Of a stretch of 64,000 nucleotides of DNA, positions 9,617-20,187 are shown one piece after another. Made by a program: the position numbers and the translations under genes. The notes under the pieces are model-generated. The model had not been told where the DNA came from. It searched no databases and saw nothing but the letters and a program-made list of their open reading frames with translations. Each line of letters begins with the position of its first letter. Position 1 is the first letter of the stretch. This DNA is from Candidatus Krumholzibacteriota bacterium. GTDB taxonomy: Bacteria > Krumholzibacteriota > Krumholzibacteriia > JAJRXK01. Where the stretch lies: contig CAVSGG010000005.1 in assembly GCA_963727455.1 (NCBI GenBank), positions 66,081 to 130,080 on the forward strand, in the 5' to 3' direction.

Positions 9617-11389
9617 ATGGATCGTGTGAAGAAGGCAGAATTCGGTGTTCTTCTGGCCCTACTCGCGATCTGCTCGTCTGTTCCGGAGACAACTTGCGCT
9701 GCCGCGGGTCCAGATGCGGCGTACTCCGAGTATGCGGGGATCTATCTGCACGGTCCGCTCGAGGTCCTGGAGGTTGGTGCGGTGGACGACTACCTCTCGG
9801 TGGTACCGCCATTCTGGGGATCGAAGCCGTACTTCGTGAAGGACGGCGCCGAGACTTTCTCGATGGCATTGCCGCGTCCGGAGCCCGGTCGGACCGTAAG
9901 CTTCGAGCGTAGTGCCGACGGCACCGTCGAGGCGCTGCTGATGTCGGGAGTGGATGATTCCTACGACGGCAAGCGATTCGTAAGAAGCACGAAGGAAGGA
10001 CTAACGCCAGGGCAACTCTTTCTCGCAAGAAAACCACATGAGGCCGCGAAAGCGGTGCTCGCCGATTCGTCGCTGACGGCAGACGATCTCTATCGCTTCG
10101 CCTTCCAGCATCTGCTTAGACATCCTTCCCGACAATCCGATGCTGCTGTTTTCCTGCAGGACCTGCTGGTGGCCCATCCGAAGCACGCCAAGCTCAGCGC
10201 GCTCTACGCCTATAGTCTCGTCGCCGCTGGCCGTCGCAGCGAAGCGCCAGCGGCTCTGGAAATCGCGTTGCGGCTGGATCCACAGAACAGTATCGCCCAG
10301 GAAACGTACCGACGTCTCACGCAGCGTGAACCGCCTCTAGGGGAGGGTTATCGCGCTGTTCTTCCCTTCTCACTTCAGGAAGCCTATGCGCCGCCGACCC
10401 GGGAGGAGATCAGAACAGTACGACGTGCATGGGCGGAGCGGGACCTCTCAGCGAAGGACGTGGAGGTGGTCCAGGAATTCCAGCTAAAGATTCCGCAGGC
10501 AAGCTTCCACGTCGCCATGTTGCGTCATCAGGTCGATGGCAACGAACACTACGGGGCAGTGCTCATTCCCGAAGGTGCGGCCGGTCCCCTGCCGGTGGTC
10601 GTCGCGGCGCGTGGCGTGGACTTCTACTACTCGCCGCTGGACATCTCCGAGGGCGTCGAGACGACGACGGCGCTCGGCGATGCCGCATCCAACTTCATGT
10701 ACCTCATCCCGTGCATGCGCGGCAATACCATCATCGTGAACGGAATGGAGTTCAGCTCCGGAGGGGACGCCTCCGACGCGTGGGACGGCGCAACGGACGA
10801 CACCCTGGCTTTTCTCAACGCGGCGCTGGAGACCTTTCCTCAGGCCGACCAGAGGCGGATTGCGATCGTCGGCAAAAGCCGCGGTGGCTCGGTCGCGCTT
10901 CTGGCCGGAGAGCGCGACCGCCGTATCAGTTTGGTCCAGAGCATTTCGGGCCCGACTGACCATTTCAAAGCAATGAATCCCTTCTATGGCTGGAGCTGGG
11001 CGGTTGTTCTCGCGGACGACATGCGGGACGAGGAGCCACCTTCCATGGAGGAGCGAGACGAGAGCAGCCAGGTGTTCGATCACTTCTTCGACCGTGCGCT
11101 GACGGAGAACGAAAATCTCGAAGACGTCCGCCAGCGAATGCTCGCTTCGTCTGCGCTGTATTTCCTCGAGAATTTGCCACGCACTGACGCTTACTACGGG
11201 GCGGAGGACCGGGCGGTGCCACTGGCCAACGCTATTCGGCTCCGCGAGCGAGATGCGGCGCTCGGCAACTCTGGTCCCGATTTGACGGTACACATTTTCG
11301 ACGGTCGAGGACACGACACGGACCCCTACCTCGTGAACCAGAGCATCAAGAAGCGACTCGTCCGCTGGGCAGGAGTTTCTGCGAGGTAG
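9617..11389 (+). CDS. secreted TPR-containing alpha/beta-hydrolase (prolyl oligopeptidase S9 or dienelactone-hydrolase-like)
   Basis: Signal peptide FGVLLALLAICSS, a TPR-like segment LSALYAYSLVAAGRRSEAPAALEIALRLDPQN, nucleophile elbow GKSRGG and distal GRGHD. A GGAGGGGG RBS precedes ATG 9617. Confidence 0.6.
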   Translation: MDRVKKAEFGVLLALLAICSSVPETTCAAAGPDAAYSEYAGIYLHGPLEVLEVGAVDDYLSVVPPFWGSKPYFVKDGAETFSMALPRPEPGRTVSFERSADGTVEALLMSGVDDSYDGKRFVRSTKEGLTPGQLFLARKPHEAAKAVLADSSLTADDLYRFAFQHLLRHPSRQSDAAVFLQDLLVAHPKHAKLSALYAYSLVAAGRRSEAPAALEIALRLDPQNSIAQETYRRLTQREPPLGEGYRAVLPFSLQEAYAPPTREEIRTVRRAWAERDLSAKDVEVVQEFQLKIPQASFHVAMLRHQVDGNEHYGAVLIPEGAAGPLPVVVAARGVDFYYSPLDISEGVETTTALGDAASNFMYLIPCMRGNTIIVNGMEFSSGGDASDAWDGATDDTLAFLNAALETFPQADQRRIAIVGKSRGGSVALLAGERDRRISLVQSISGPTDHFKAMNPFYGWSWAVVLADDMRDEEPPSMEERDESSQVFDHFFDRALTENENLEDVRQRMLASSALYFLENLPRTDAYYGAEDRAVPLANAIRLRERDAALGNSGPDLTVHIFDGRGHDTDPYLVNQSIKKRLVRWAGVSAR

Positions 11390-11415
11390 AATCTGGTACC
11401 ACCGGGAGTACTGCA

Positions 11416-11595
11416 ATGAAGGGACGAATTGTCTTGTCCCTTGTCTGCCTGCTCATCGCCGGTTGTTCGGAGAGTACCGAGCCTGGAAGCGTCAGAAAGC
11501 CCGGACGCCGTACAGCGACCGGGCTCGTTGGTATTCGGTTTTTCGAACGTGGATTCGGTCTCTGCTCGAGTCCGAACCCCAGAGAGCAGCTCTAG
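11416..11595 (+). CDS. possible 59-aa lipoprotein (below the ORF-track length cutoff)
   Basis: MKGRIVLSLVCLLIAGCSE has a lipobox LIAGC. The ORF ends at TAG 11593-11595 and overlaps the convergent gene's stop by 4 nt. Confidence 0.25.
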   Translation: MKGRIVLSLVCLLIAGCSESTEPGSVRKPGRRTATGLVGIRFFERGFGLCSSPNPREQL

Positions 11596-12287
11596 TAGCG
11601 CGCCTTGAGGGAACCCCAGGAGGTCTCCTCGGAAGTGACCTCACAGCTGGGGTAGATCACGATCGTCGCCTGCACCACATCACCCCAGGCTCCGGTCGTA
11701 GGGCCATTGCCGCAGTTGTCGTACATGAAGTACGGGTAGTCCGCGGGTAAGCCCATTAGCTGGGTGGTAGCAACGATCGCTGCGTTGCTGATGGTGTAGG
11801 TCATGCAGTTGATATACCCGTCAAAGGCTCCAAAGACGGAGATATCACTGACGACCCTCTGCAACACTCCACCCACGTACATATGCGTGGAGGTCACTAC
11901 CATCTGATCGACTTGAGCGGTGTAATCTTCATCACCCCAGGGTCCGGCCGCTGCGAACCAGAAGCTCCCGTTCTGGTAATGCGTCTCGTACTTGACATAG
12001 CCGGTGCCCGCGACGCGGGTATCCGAGGTGAGGGTCGGGGGGGCCATGATCGACGGACAGGTCAGAGTCCATTGCGTTCCCAGACTGCTTCCGTCCCAGG
12101 ATTGTGCGTTGATGGTGTTGCCGACCACGCCTTCATGGTAGGCGGGCGCCGGCCAGGATTCGCTGAAGTGACCCGGGAGCACTTGGCCCCCCAGATCGAT
12201 GGTGTCATAGGTACCGACCACTGGCGGTGCAGCGAGGGCCAGCGTCGGGAGAAGGAGGATTACGACGAACGGGACCAGTCGTCTCAT
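11592..12287 (-). CDS. secreted hypothetical protein ending in SWGSLKARY
   Basis: ATG 12287 follows an AAGGAG RBS. Signal peptide MRRLVPFVVILLLPTLALA. The C-terminal motif is encoded at 11595-11621. Confidence 0.7.
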   Translation of the reverse strand: MRRLVPFVVILLLPTLALAAPPVVGTYDTIDLGGQVLPGHFSESWPAPAYHEGVVGNTINAQSWDGSSLGTQWTLTCPSIMAPPTLTSDTRVAGTGYVKYETHYQNGSFWFAAAGPWGDEDYTAQVDQMVVTSTHMYVGGVLQRVVSDISVFGAFDGYINCMTYTISNAAIVATTQLMGLPADYPYFMYDNCGNGPTTGAWGDVVQATIVIYPSCEVTSEETSWGSLKARY

Positions 12288-12744
12288 GAACAGCTCCTTT
12301 CGCGGATTGCGATGATCTCTCGATCTAGTCCGATGAAGGACCATAGTGGGACTCGGGACACCAAGTGACCGCACCGTGGAGCCTGGCGATGGGACCTGAT
12401 GAACCAGGGTCAGTATAGAAGTTCCAGATCTTTATGTCGAGTATGTTTCTGGGAAGGAACGACCAAGTAGGGCACCCCGTCACCTAACGCCTCGATCCCA
12501 CCATCCACCGTCCAGGAGACGAGCCAATTCCCCGGGTTCTCGAATACGAATCGACTTGCGTGAGAGATCGAGGATCTTGCGGCGCTCGTGAGCGTTCAGC
12601 TCGCGCGAGAGTGTATGCAGAGCCGTACAGGCTCCGGGAGCGCGGCCATTCGGCGCTGCAGCCGAGTTCGCGACAACTTTCTGGGCCCGTTTCACGTAGG
12701 AAATATTCGTCGGGAACGATCCTCAGCATGACCCTCGTAAAGGA

Positions 12745-14028
12745 TTGAGAAGTAAGAAGATGAACCTAGGCAGAATCCTGAAGAAAAAAATCGTGCTGAT
12801 CGGCCTCGCGGTCGTCGTCCTGGGCTCTCTGGCCGGATTCATGGCGATCCGCAAGGGTGAGGAACCTCCCCAAACGGTGAAGACGGCCAAGGCCTCACGG
12901 CAGAAGATCATCCAGAAGGTGAGCGCCAACGGGAAGATCCGCGCGCGGACCGAAGTGAACATCAGCGCCGACGTCAGCGGCAAGATCACCAAGATCCATG
13001 TCAAAGAAGGCCAGGCGGTCAAGAAGGGCATGCTCCTGGTGGAACTCGACCGGGAGCGCTACCTGGCGGCGGTGGAGAACGCTGAAGCCTCGGTACGCTC
13101 GGCAACTGCGAACTCGAAGCTGGTGCATGAAAATGTCCTGAAGACCAAGCGAGAACTGGAGCGCGCTCAGGGCCTCATGGACCGCAACCTCCAATCGGAG
13201 TCGGAGTACGAAGACGCCAAGTCGGCCTATCAGATCGAACTCGCGCGTTACGCCTCTACACAGGACCAGGTAGAGCAGGCCAAGGCCACCCTCAAGCAGG
13301 TGAGAGACGACCTCTCCAAGACCATGATCTACTCGCCGATGGATGGAACGGTGAGCGATCTGCGCAAGGAGGAGGGCGAGATCGCCATCGGTTCGCAGTT
13401 CCAGGGTGACACCATTCTGGTCGTATCCGATCTCACCGAGATGGAAGCACGTGTCAACGTGGATGAGAACGACATCGTGTCGGTCAAGCTCGGACAGGAA
13501 GCCGAGATCGAAGTAGACGCGCTCTTGGGACAGAAGTTGAAGGGCGTCGTGTACGAGATCGCGAGCAGTGCGAACGCCACCGGTGAGGGCACCACGGAAC
13601 AGAAGACCGAATTCGAGGTGAAGATCAACATCGTGGATCCCGATCCGGCCTTGCGTCCAGGCATGACGGCCACTGCGGATATTCTCACCAAGACCAACCC
13701 CAACGCGCTTAGCGTGCCCATCCAGAGCGTGGCGGTGCGCACCGTCGATCAGCTCAGGGCGCCGGGAGAAAGTCGGGCCGAAGCCGAAGAGAAGTACAAA
13801 GCTGACAAGGACGGCTTCGTGGAGATCGTCTTCTGCATCGAGGACGGCAAAGCCATGGCCAAGCAGGTGAAGACAGGAATCCAGAGTGATGAGCTCATCG
13901 AGATCCAAGATGGCCTCAGCGAGGGAGATGAAGTGGTGACCGGCAGCTATCGGGCCATTTCCAAGGACCTGAGCAACGGCGATCTGGTTCGAATCGATAA
14001 CGACTCCAAGGCGAGCGACGGAGCATAG
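12745..14028 (+). CDS. efflux periplasmic adaptor subunit (HlyD/MacA family)
   Basis: N-terminal anchor helix, coiled-coil hairpin segments ([17 protein letters not shown] and [20 protein letters not shown]) and [11 protein letters not shown]. It sits immediately upstream of the ABC components. Confidence 0.85.
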   Translation: MRSKKMNLGRILKKKIVLIGLAVVVLGSLAGFMAIRKGEEPPQTVKTAKASRQKIIQKVSANGKIRARTEVNISADVSGKITKIHVKEGQAVKKGMLLVELDRERYLAAVENAEASVRSATANSKLVHENVLKTKRELERAQGLMDRNLQSESEYEDAKSAYQIELARYASTQDQVEQAKATLKQVRDDLSKTMIYSPMDGTVSDLRKEEGEIAIGSQFQGDTILVVSDLTEMEARVNVDENDIVSVKLGQEAEIEVDALLGQKLKGVVYEIASSANATGEGTTEQKTEFEVKINIVDPDPALRPGMTATADILTKTNPNALSVPIQSVAVRTVDQLRAPGESRAEAEEKYKADKDGFVEIVFCIEDGKAMAKQVKTGIQSDELIEIQDGLSEGDEVVTGSYRAISKDLSNGDLVRIDNDSKASDGA

Positions 14029-14030
14029 AG

Positions 14031-14771
14031 ATGAAAGCGGTGACCGGAAACGGCAATGGAGTCGCTCTTGCTCTGCACGATGTCGAGAAGACTTACGTGA
14101 TGGGGACGGAGAAAGTCCACGCCCTACGCGGCGTCTCGCTGCAGGTGCGCAAGAACGAGTACGTGGCCATCATGGGGCCCTCGGGCTCGGGCAAATCCAC
14201 TCTGATGAACGTGATCGGCTGCCTCGACGTGCCCACCAAGGGTAACTATACGCTGGAGGGGCAGGCGGTCGCGGATATGACGCAGTCTGAACTGGCCGAG
14301 ATTCGAAACCTGAGGATCGGTTTCGTGTTCCAGACCTTCAATCTGATTCCACGCGCGGACGTCTTTCACAACGTCGAACTACCTCTGATCTACGGGGGAG
14401 TGCGCAGCCGGGAGCGACGTGAACGAGCGGAAAGCGCCATCGCGCGGGTGGGCCTGAGCGACCGCATGAAGCACAAACCGAACGAACTCTCTGGAGGTCA
14501 GCGTCAACGCGTCGCCATCGCGCGCGCCATCGTTCTAAATCCCTCCATCATTCTCGCGGACGAACCCACGGGAAATCTGGACAGCAGAACCGGTGACGAG
14601 ATCATGGCGATCTTCGACGAGTTGCACGCGGCCGGACATACCATCATCGTGGTCACGCACGAGGACTACATCGCCGACTACGCCTCACGATCGATCCGGC
14701 TGAAGGACGGCCTGGTTGAGAGCGATGAGGCCAAGGGGCGTAAGGCGATGGCCGGAGGCTTGATGTCGTGA
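14031..14771 (+). CDS. ABC transporter ATP-binding protein (MacB/LolD-type)
   Basis: Walker [10 protein letters not shown], signature [14 protein letters not shown], Walker [12 protein letters not shown] and H-loop VVTHE. Confidence 0.95.
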   Translation: MKAVTGNGNGVALALHDVEKTYVMGTEKVHALRGVSLQVRKNEYVAIMGPSGSGKSTLMNVIGCLDVPTKGNYTLEGQAVADMTQSELAEIRNLRIGFVFQTFNLIPRADVFHNVELPLIYGGVRSRERRERAESAIARVGLSDRMKHKPNELSGGQRQRVAIARAIVLNPSIILADEPTGNLDSRTGDEIMAIFDELHAAGHTIIVVTHEDYIADYASRSIRLKDGLVESDEAKGRKAMAGGLMS

Positions 14772-16018
14772 GAGGCTTGCGCATGGCCTTGGACCTCCAG
14801 GAGTCCGTCCGTATCGCTTTCGGCGCGCTACGCGCCAACAAGGCGCGCGGAGCGCTCACTACTCTGGGAATCATCATCGGCATCGTGGCTGTCATCACCA
14901 CCATGACTGCGGCCAATGGTCTGCGGAATACCTTCCGTGAGAGTTTCTCCTCGGTGGGGGCGGATGTGCTCTACATCTCGCGCATGCCCTGGGTCATTCA
15001 GGACGACTTCTTTCTTTACCGGAACCGGCCGCCGATCGACTACAAGGAGGCGCGCGAGCTGGAGAAGCACCTGCGCGGCTCCGCGGTAGCCAATCCGACC
15101 ATGAACGGGCGGCAGGACACCAAGTACCGCTCGGAGAGAATGGATGGAGTCACGATCATCGGAACCACTGAGAAGCAACTGTTGGTCTCGAATGCACAGC
15201 CGGCCGTCGGCCGCTTCATCTTGCCCTTCGAGGTGAACTACAAGCACAAGGTCTGCGTCATCGGCAACGACGTGCGCAAGGGCCTTTTCGGTGAGGTCGA
15301 TCCGCTGAACAAGGAGATGAAGATCGGTCGCACCACCTTCCGCGTCATCGGTGTGATGGAAGAGCAGGGAGGGGGAAGCTTCTTCGGGGGCCCCAATTTC
15401 GACCGGCAGATCTACATTCCGATCACGGCCTTCGTGGGTGCCTTCGGTGGGCTTCACGGACGACAGGACGTGAACATCGCGGTAAAGGCCCCGAGCGAGG
15501 CCGCGATGGGCGACCTCGAGTACAAGCTCATCGGAGAAATGCGCAAGCTCCGCGGTCTGCGTCCCACCGAGAAAGAGGACTTCAGCATCAACCGCTTGGA
15601 CACTCTGGTGGGCGCCTTCAACAACGTCATGGGTGTCGTGCTCTTGGTGGGTCTCTTGATCACGAGTATTTCGCTCTTCGTAGGAGGAGTGGGGGTGATG
15701 AACATCATGTTCGTGTCCATCACCGAGCGCACCCGCGAGATCGGCATTCGCAAGGCCATCGGGGCAAAGCCGCATAGCATCATGCTTCAGTTTCTCTTCG
15801 AGGCGGCCGTGATCTGCCTTCTGGGGGGTGTGATCGGCATCGTAATTTCAGCTGGGGTGACCGTTGCCATCAACGCCTCGCTGATGCCTGCGAACCTATC
15901 GCTGTCCATTCTCTTTATCGCGCTGGTGGTGGCCGTGAGCGTCGGATTGCTCGCAGGATTGGTCCCCGCCTGGCGCGGTGCGCGGCTCAACCCGATCGAA
16001 GCTTTGCGCTATGAGTAG
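14768..16018 (+). CDS. ABC transporter permease, MacB/FtsX family (1 of 2)
   Basis: TM1, a large periplasmic domain and a C-terminal FtsX bundle containing [14 protein letters not shown]. The protein ends in [10 protein letters not shown]. The GTG start overlaps the ATPase stop by 4 nt. Confidence 0.9.
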   Translation: MRGLRMALDLQESVRIAFGALRANKARGALTTLGIIIGIVAVITTMTAANGLRNTFRESFSSVGADVLYISRMPWVIQDDFFLYRNRPPIDYKEARELEKHLRGSAVANPTMNGRQDTKYRSERMDGVTIIGTTEKQLLVSNAQPAVGRFILPFEVNYKHKVCVIGNDVRKGLFGEVDPLNKEMKIGRTTFRVIGVMEEQGGGSFFGGPNFDRQIYIPITAFVGAFGGLHGRQDVNIAVKAPSEAAMGDLEYKLIGEMRKLRGLRPTEKEDFSINRLDTLVGAFNNVMGVVLLVGLLITSISLFVGGVGVMNIMFVSITERTREIGIRKAIGAKPHSIMLQFLFEAAVICLLGGVIGIVISAGVTVAINASLMPANLSLSILFIALVVAVSVGLLAGLVPAWRGARLNPIEALRYE

Positions 16019-16026
16019 GTGAATCC

Positions 16027-17277
16027 ATGAGTAGCTTCGATACTCTCTCCATGTCCGTTGGCGCCATCTTCAGCAACAAGTTGCGGTCCAGCCTCACTCT
16101 GGTGGGGATCGTGGCCGGAGTGGCGTCCATCATTGCAGTGATGACCGCGATCTCGGTGGTGCAGGCCACCATGGAACAGGAGATGAGCGTCCTGGGGTCA
16201 CAGGTCTTTCAGGTACAGAAGTGGCCGGCCGGCGGATTCCACAGTTCCGAAGAGCGGCGCAAGGCCATGAAACGGCCGCCGCTGACCATAGAAGATGCGC
16301 AGTTGATCCGCGACAAGGTACCCACGGCTGATATTGTGGGGGCCGAGCTGTGGTCCTTCGGCTATACCGTGGAATACAAGGGCGAATCGACGAACCCGAA
16401 CATCACCATCTGCGGGGGGACACCCGAGTATGCGGCCAACAACACTCACTACGTGGGGTTGGGGCGCAACATCTCACAAATGGACGTACGCAGTGCGCGC
16501 CATGTGGTAGTGATCGGCAAGGCCATCGCCGGCAAGCTCTTTCCCTTCACTGATCCCATCGATAAGATCATTCGCCTAGACGGCCGCAAGTACAGGGTCA
16601 TCGGTGTGTTCGACGTGAAGAAGTCGGCGTTCCGCGGAGGAAGTTTCGAAAACTACTGCCTCATTCCGATCACTTGCTTTTTGAAAACCTACGGAATGGT
16701 CGATCCTCAGGGCTTTGATCGTTCGGTGAACATCACCATCAGGGCCAAGAGTCCAGAGCTGGTCGAAGATACCATCGAGCAGACGCGCCAAGTGTTGCGA
16801 CATGCGCGCGGAGTGAAGCCGAACGAACCGGACAACTTCGACTTCTTCAACAGCAAGAGCTTGATTACACAGTTCAACAACATGACCCGCGGGGTCAAAA
16901 TCGCCGCTTTCGTGGTGGGAATCATCGCCCTGGTCGTGGCGGGCATCGGAATCATGAACATCATGCTGGTCTCGGTGACCGAGCGCACCAAGGAGATCGG
17001 CATTCGCAAGTCGATCGGAGCCAAGCCCACGAACATTCTGGTGCAGTTCCTCCTGGAGGCGGTGATCCTGTGCAACTTGGGAGGCCTGGTGGGAGTTGCC
17101 GTCGGTTTCGGACTGGGAAACGTCTTTACTCTGTTCACCGCCTTCGAGGTCAACGTCCCTCTGCAGTGGACCTTCATCGGACTCGGCTTCTGTTCGATAG
17201 TGGGAATCGGCTTCGGCCTGTTGCCCGCGATCAAGGCCTCGCGCCTCAATCCCATCGACGCCTTGCGCTACGAATGA
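16027..17277 (+). CDS. ABC transporter permease, MacB/FtsX family (2 of 2)
   Basis: Same architecture and the same length (416 aa) as the preceding gene. Contains ERTKEIGIRKSIGA and ends in LNPIDALRYE. Confidence 0.9.
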   Translation: MSSFDTLSMSVGAIFSNKLRSSLTLVGIVAGVASIIAVMTAISVVQATMEQEMSVLGSQVFQVQKWPAGGFHSSEERRKAMKRPPLTIEDAQLIRDKVPTADIVGAELWSFGYTVEYKGESTNPNITICGGTPEYAANNTHYVGLGRNISQMDVRSARHVVVIGKAIAGKLFPFTDPIDKIIRLDGRKYRVIGVFDVKKSAFRGGSFENYCLIPITCFLKTYGMVDPQGFDRSVNITIRAKSPELVEDTIEQTRQVLRHARGVKPNEPDNFDFFNSKSLITQFNNMTRGVKIAAFVVGIIALVVAGIGIMNIMLVSVTERTKEIGIRKSIGAKPTNILVQFLLEAVILCNLGGLVGVAVGFGLGNVFTLFTAFEVNVPLQWTFIGLGFCSIVGIGFGLLPAIKASRLNPIDALRYE

Positions 17278-17353
17278 GTCACATCGTGTCAGCTTGTTTG
17301 CGAATTTCACAATGAGTTTGAATCCGACGCCCTTTTTTGGCTAAGCTGCGCTC

Positions 17354-19168
17354 ATGAGATCCAATCTTGCCATTTGCTTGATCGCGATGCTGATCGCACC
17401 CTTCCTCGCGCAGCCCGAAGCGTTCGCCACTTCGAAGTCCTACCACGTGAGTAGTCTCACGATCGAGGCTAACGCTCTGTCGAATGGGTCGATGAAGGTC
17501 GTCGAGAGCCGTAGCTATACATTTCGGGGCCGCTACCACTACGCCTATCGTAGCTTTTCCCGCTCGGGTGGCATCGACTACTCGGAATTTGTGGTCAGCG
17601 AGAATGGACGAGCCTACAAGCGCAACGATTCAGAGGATCCCGGTAGCTACAAGATCAGCGATAACGGTGACGGGATCGAATTGCGCTGGTACTTCAAGGC
17701 GAGCAACGAGACGCGCACCTTCACCATCTCCTACGAAGTCAACGATCTCATCCGCCGCCATCCCGACGCGGCAGTTCTGCACTATCAGTTCGTCGGTTCG
17801 GGCTTCGCGGTGTCGAGTTCCAAGGTGAGCCTGCAGCTGACGCCGCCTCGCGAGATCGATCCCGGGCAGATCCATCAGTGGTTGCACGGCCCTCTGTGGG
17901 CCGAGTCGAAGACCGAGTCGAACGGAGTCGTCATAGCCTGGTGCGATTTCCTTCCCGCACATCAGTACCTCGAGCTGAATGTGCTCTATCCAGCGGATGC
18001 GTTTCCGGATGCGCCGGCAGTTCCCGGACTGATCGTGGCTCGAGTGATGGAGAAGGAGGCGCAGCTCGCGAAGGAAGCCAATCAACGCAGAATCGAGGCC
18101 AAGGAGAAGGCGAAACAGCGCGCGGCAAGGATGGCTATGGGTAGCAAGGTGACACCGGTGTTGGGTTTCTTGGGGATCTTCGCTTGGGTGCTCATCTTCC
18201 TGCGCTACGGACGGAGGCCAGAGATCCCCTTGAGACTCGAACGCTCGGCTGAGATTCCTTCGGAATTGCCGCCAGCCCTGACCCAATTCCTGGTAGCCAA
18301 TCGCGTGATCAATGGCAATGCCTTGGTGGCGACTCTGCTCGATTTAGCCCGACGGGGATTCCTCGAGTTTCACGAAGATAGTGAGGATCGCCATTACATC
18401 CTGGGCATCAAGCGGAAAGTGAACAAGCACTACTGGGTCCTGCTGAGGAAGAAGTACGAGTCCGATCGCAAGGAGCTTCTTCCCTTCGAGTCCATGCTGA
18501 TCAACTTCGTCTTCGATGAACTGGCGGATAGCGATCGTGCTCCCATGGAGCTTTTCAAGAAGAACGCGCGAAAGTGCCGCCGCTTCTTCCGCCAGTGGAA
18601 GAAGGAGGTCGAGGCGGAAGGCAAGCGGCGCGAGTTCTACCTTGCTGAGAGCTATACGGGCAGGAATCTCGGCATGATGGTCGGTGGATTCATGGTCATT
18701 CTGGGCGTCGCGTTGGCTGCGTTCTTTTACGAGTGGGCCCTCGTTCCCGGGATCCTGGGACTGGTGCTCTTCGTGCTCTCGTTGCTAATCGTGCATCACA
18801 CGCGCAAGGGCGCGATCGAGGCCGCACGTTGGAAGAGCTTGAAGAACTATCTGAAAGAACTTGGATCGAGGCGTACGAGTCAGATGGACAGCGTCCCGCG
18901 CTATCTAGTGTATGGCGTTGCCTTGGGCGTCGGTAAGAAGGCCCTGACCGACCTGGCGAATGCCATCCCCGCGGGACAACAAAATGTCTACGTCCCCTGG
19001 TACTTCACTCAGGGAGAATACGGTGGCAGCTTTGGCGCGTCCTTCGGAGCCTCTTTCAGCACCGCGGTGGCTACGGTGAGTTCCAGCATGTCCAGCGCCA
19101 CCGGGGCGGGAGGCGGTGCTTCCGCGGGCGGTGGCGGCGCGGGTGGTGGTGGCGGCGGAGCTGGTTGA
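17354..19168 (+). CDS. DUF2207-like membrane protein with Gly-rich C-terminus
   Basis: A signal peptide and an N-terminal extracytoplasmic domain are followed by several TM helices. The tail is ATGAGGGASAGGGGAGGGGGGAG. The family call is from recalled architecture only. Confidence 0.55.
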   Translation: MRSNLAICLIAMLIAPFLAQPEAFATSKSYHVSSLTIEANALSNGSMKVVESRSYTFRGRYHYAYRSFSRSGGIDYSEFVVSENGRAYKRNDSEDPGSYKISDNGDGIELRWYFKASNETRTFTISYEVNDLIRRHPDAAVLHYQFVGSGFAVSSSKVSLQLTPPREIDPGQIHQWLHGPLWAESKTESNGVVIAWCDFLPAHQYLELNVLYPADAFPDAPAVPGLIVARVMEKEAQLAKEANQRRIEAKEKAKQRAARMAMGSKVTPVLGFLGIFAWVLIFLRYGRRPEIPLRLERSAEIPSELPPALTQFLVANRVINGNALVATLLDLARRGFLEFHEDSEDRHYILGIKRKVNKHYWVLLRKKYESDRKELLPFESMLINFVFDELADSDRAPMELFKKNARKCRRFFRQWKKEVEAEGKRREFYLAESYTGRNLGMMVGGFMVILGVALAAFFYEWALVPGILGLVLFVLSLLIVHHTRKGAIEAARWKSLKNYLKELGSRRTSQMDSVPRYLVYGVALGVGKKALTDLANAIPAGQQNVYVPWYFTQGEYGGSFGASFGASFSTAVATVSSSMSSATGAGGGASAGGGGAGGGGGGAG

Positions 19169-19289
19169 GTTGGAGAATCCAGTCACCACCCTGAGGCAGT
19201 CGATCACCCGCCGGGCTTCGCGCCTTCCAGGCCGTCGAAATTCTCAGCATTGAATCTGCCCGAATTCGCGCGCTCGAAGTTCGACTGGA

Positions 19290-19319
19290 TTGACAGCCCG
19301 ACCCGTCATCCTCTACAAT
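19290..19319 (+). promoter_or_regulatory. near-consensus sigma70-like promoter (TTGACA-N18-TACAAT)
   Basis: Hexamers at 19290-19295 and 19314-19319. This implies a leader of about 270 nt before ATG 19594. Confidence 0.4.
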
Positions 19320-19593
19320 CTCAAGCCATAGTTAGACTTGCTGTGATCAGCGGCTTTGGGCTCCCGCAGAGCGATTTTCACATCTTTGGCTTCGCAACTT
19401 CCAAGAGGAGTCTACTGGTGCTGCGCCAATGCGATTTCCCCCTGCGCGGATCATCCGTAGCGCAATTCAATACCCGCCCGCAATTCGTCTACCAGAACAA
19501 GAGATTTAGCTGCGACCGTTGTCCCGCGAATTCACGCGCAGTTCCAGCGTGTTGCCACCGCATCCAAGCCCCTCACCAAGGAGCATCGCGCCC

Positions 19594-20145
19594 ATGGACC
19601 ACCCACGTCCGTCTTTGAAATCTCTCGCCCTTCTCTCCGTAGTTCTTTGCTTGCTGATCGTCAACGCGGCGAACGCTCAAGAGTTGAGCGGCGTAACCAA
19701 TCCGGTGGGAGGGGGGTTCATCTGCCCTAACACCATACTCGTTGATCTTAACGTTGATGCGGCAGTGGTGGATCTTCGCGGTTTCTCACTCACGCTGAGT
19801 TACGATCCTGCCGTGCTCGATCCAATTTCCGTGAGCGCCGGATCACTAGTGGCTTCGGCGTCCTGTGCCAACACGCTGTATTGGATCGACGCCGGCACCA
19901 ACGATGGGAGTTTGGAAGTTGATCTAGCCCTCCTTGGATGTTCCGTGAACGGACCGGGGTCGGTTCTGAGCATCGAATTCGAAGGAGTCGGCGACGGGAC
20001 CACGACTCTGCAGTGTTCTAACAGTATCTTTCGGGACAGCGCGAATGCGGAAATCCCCGTGAGCTGTCTTCCCGTCGACATCAGCTATAGCTGCCCCGTG
20101 CCCGCGGCAGGACATTCCTGGGGCATGTTGAAGACCAGTTACTGA
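19594..20145 (+). CDS. secreted cohesin-like single-domain protein ending in SWGMLKTSY
   Basis: An AAGGAG RBS precedes ATG 19594. Signal peptide LALLSVVLCLLIVNAANA. The cohesin-like pattern runs LRGFSLTLSYDPAVLDPISVSAGSL...GSVLSIEFEGVGDGTTTL. The tail motif is at 20116-20142. Confidence 0.65.
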   Translation: MDHPRPSLKSLALLSVVLCLLIVNAANAQELSGVTNPVGGGFICPNTILVDLNVDAAVVDLRGFSLTLSYDPAVLDPISVSAGSLVASASCANTLYWIDAGTNDGSLEVDLALLGCSVNGPGSVLSIEFEGVGDGTTTLQCSNSIFRDSANAEIPVSCLPVDISYSCPVPAAGHSWGMLKTSY

Positions 20146-20187
20146 GTTCTTTTGTACTTGGGATTGAAAGTCCCGGAGAGGTAGATC

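Noticed and set aside
9425-12287. tRNA-Lys as an integration site for a genomic island.
   Set aside because: There is no integrase, no recognisable direct repeat of the tRNA 3' end downstream by eye, and no mobility genes. The downstream genes look like ordinary secreted proteins.
12480-12729. 71-aa and 81-aa minus-strand ORFs in the macA upstream region. One has a vaguely HTH-like LSRELNAHERRKILDLS.
   Set aside because: They overlap each other in different frames, have no RBS and the similarity is too weak to support a call. I treat the region as intergenic.
12745-17277. Adaptor, ATPase and two FtsX permeases as something unusual.
   Set aside because: This is a standard MacAB/Lol-like gene arrangement. 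Nothing beyond the ordinary was seen.
19250-19618. 122-aa plus-strand ORF in the leader of the cohesin-like gene.
   Set aside because: It has no RBS. It runs across the well-supported AAGGAG-ATG start at 19594 in another frame. The product has no signal or family features.
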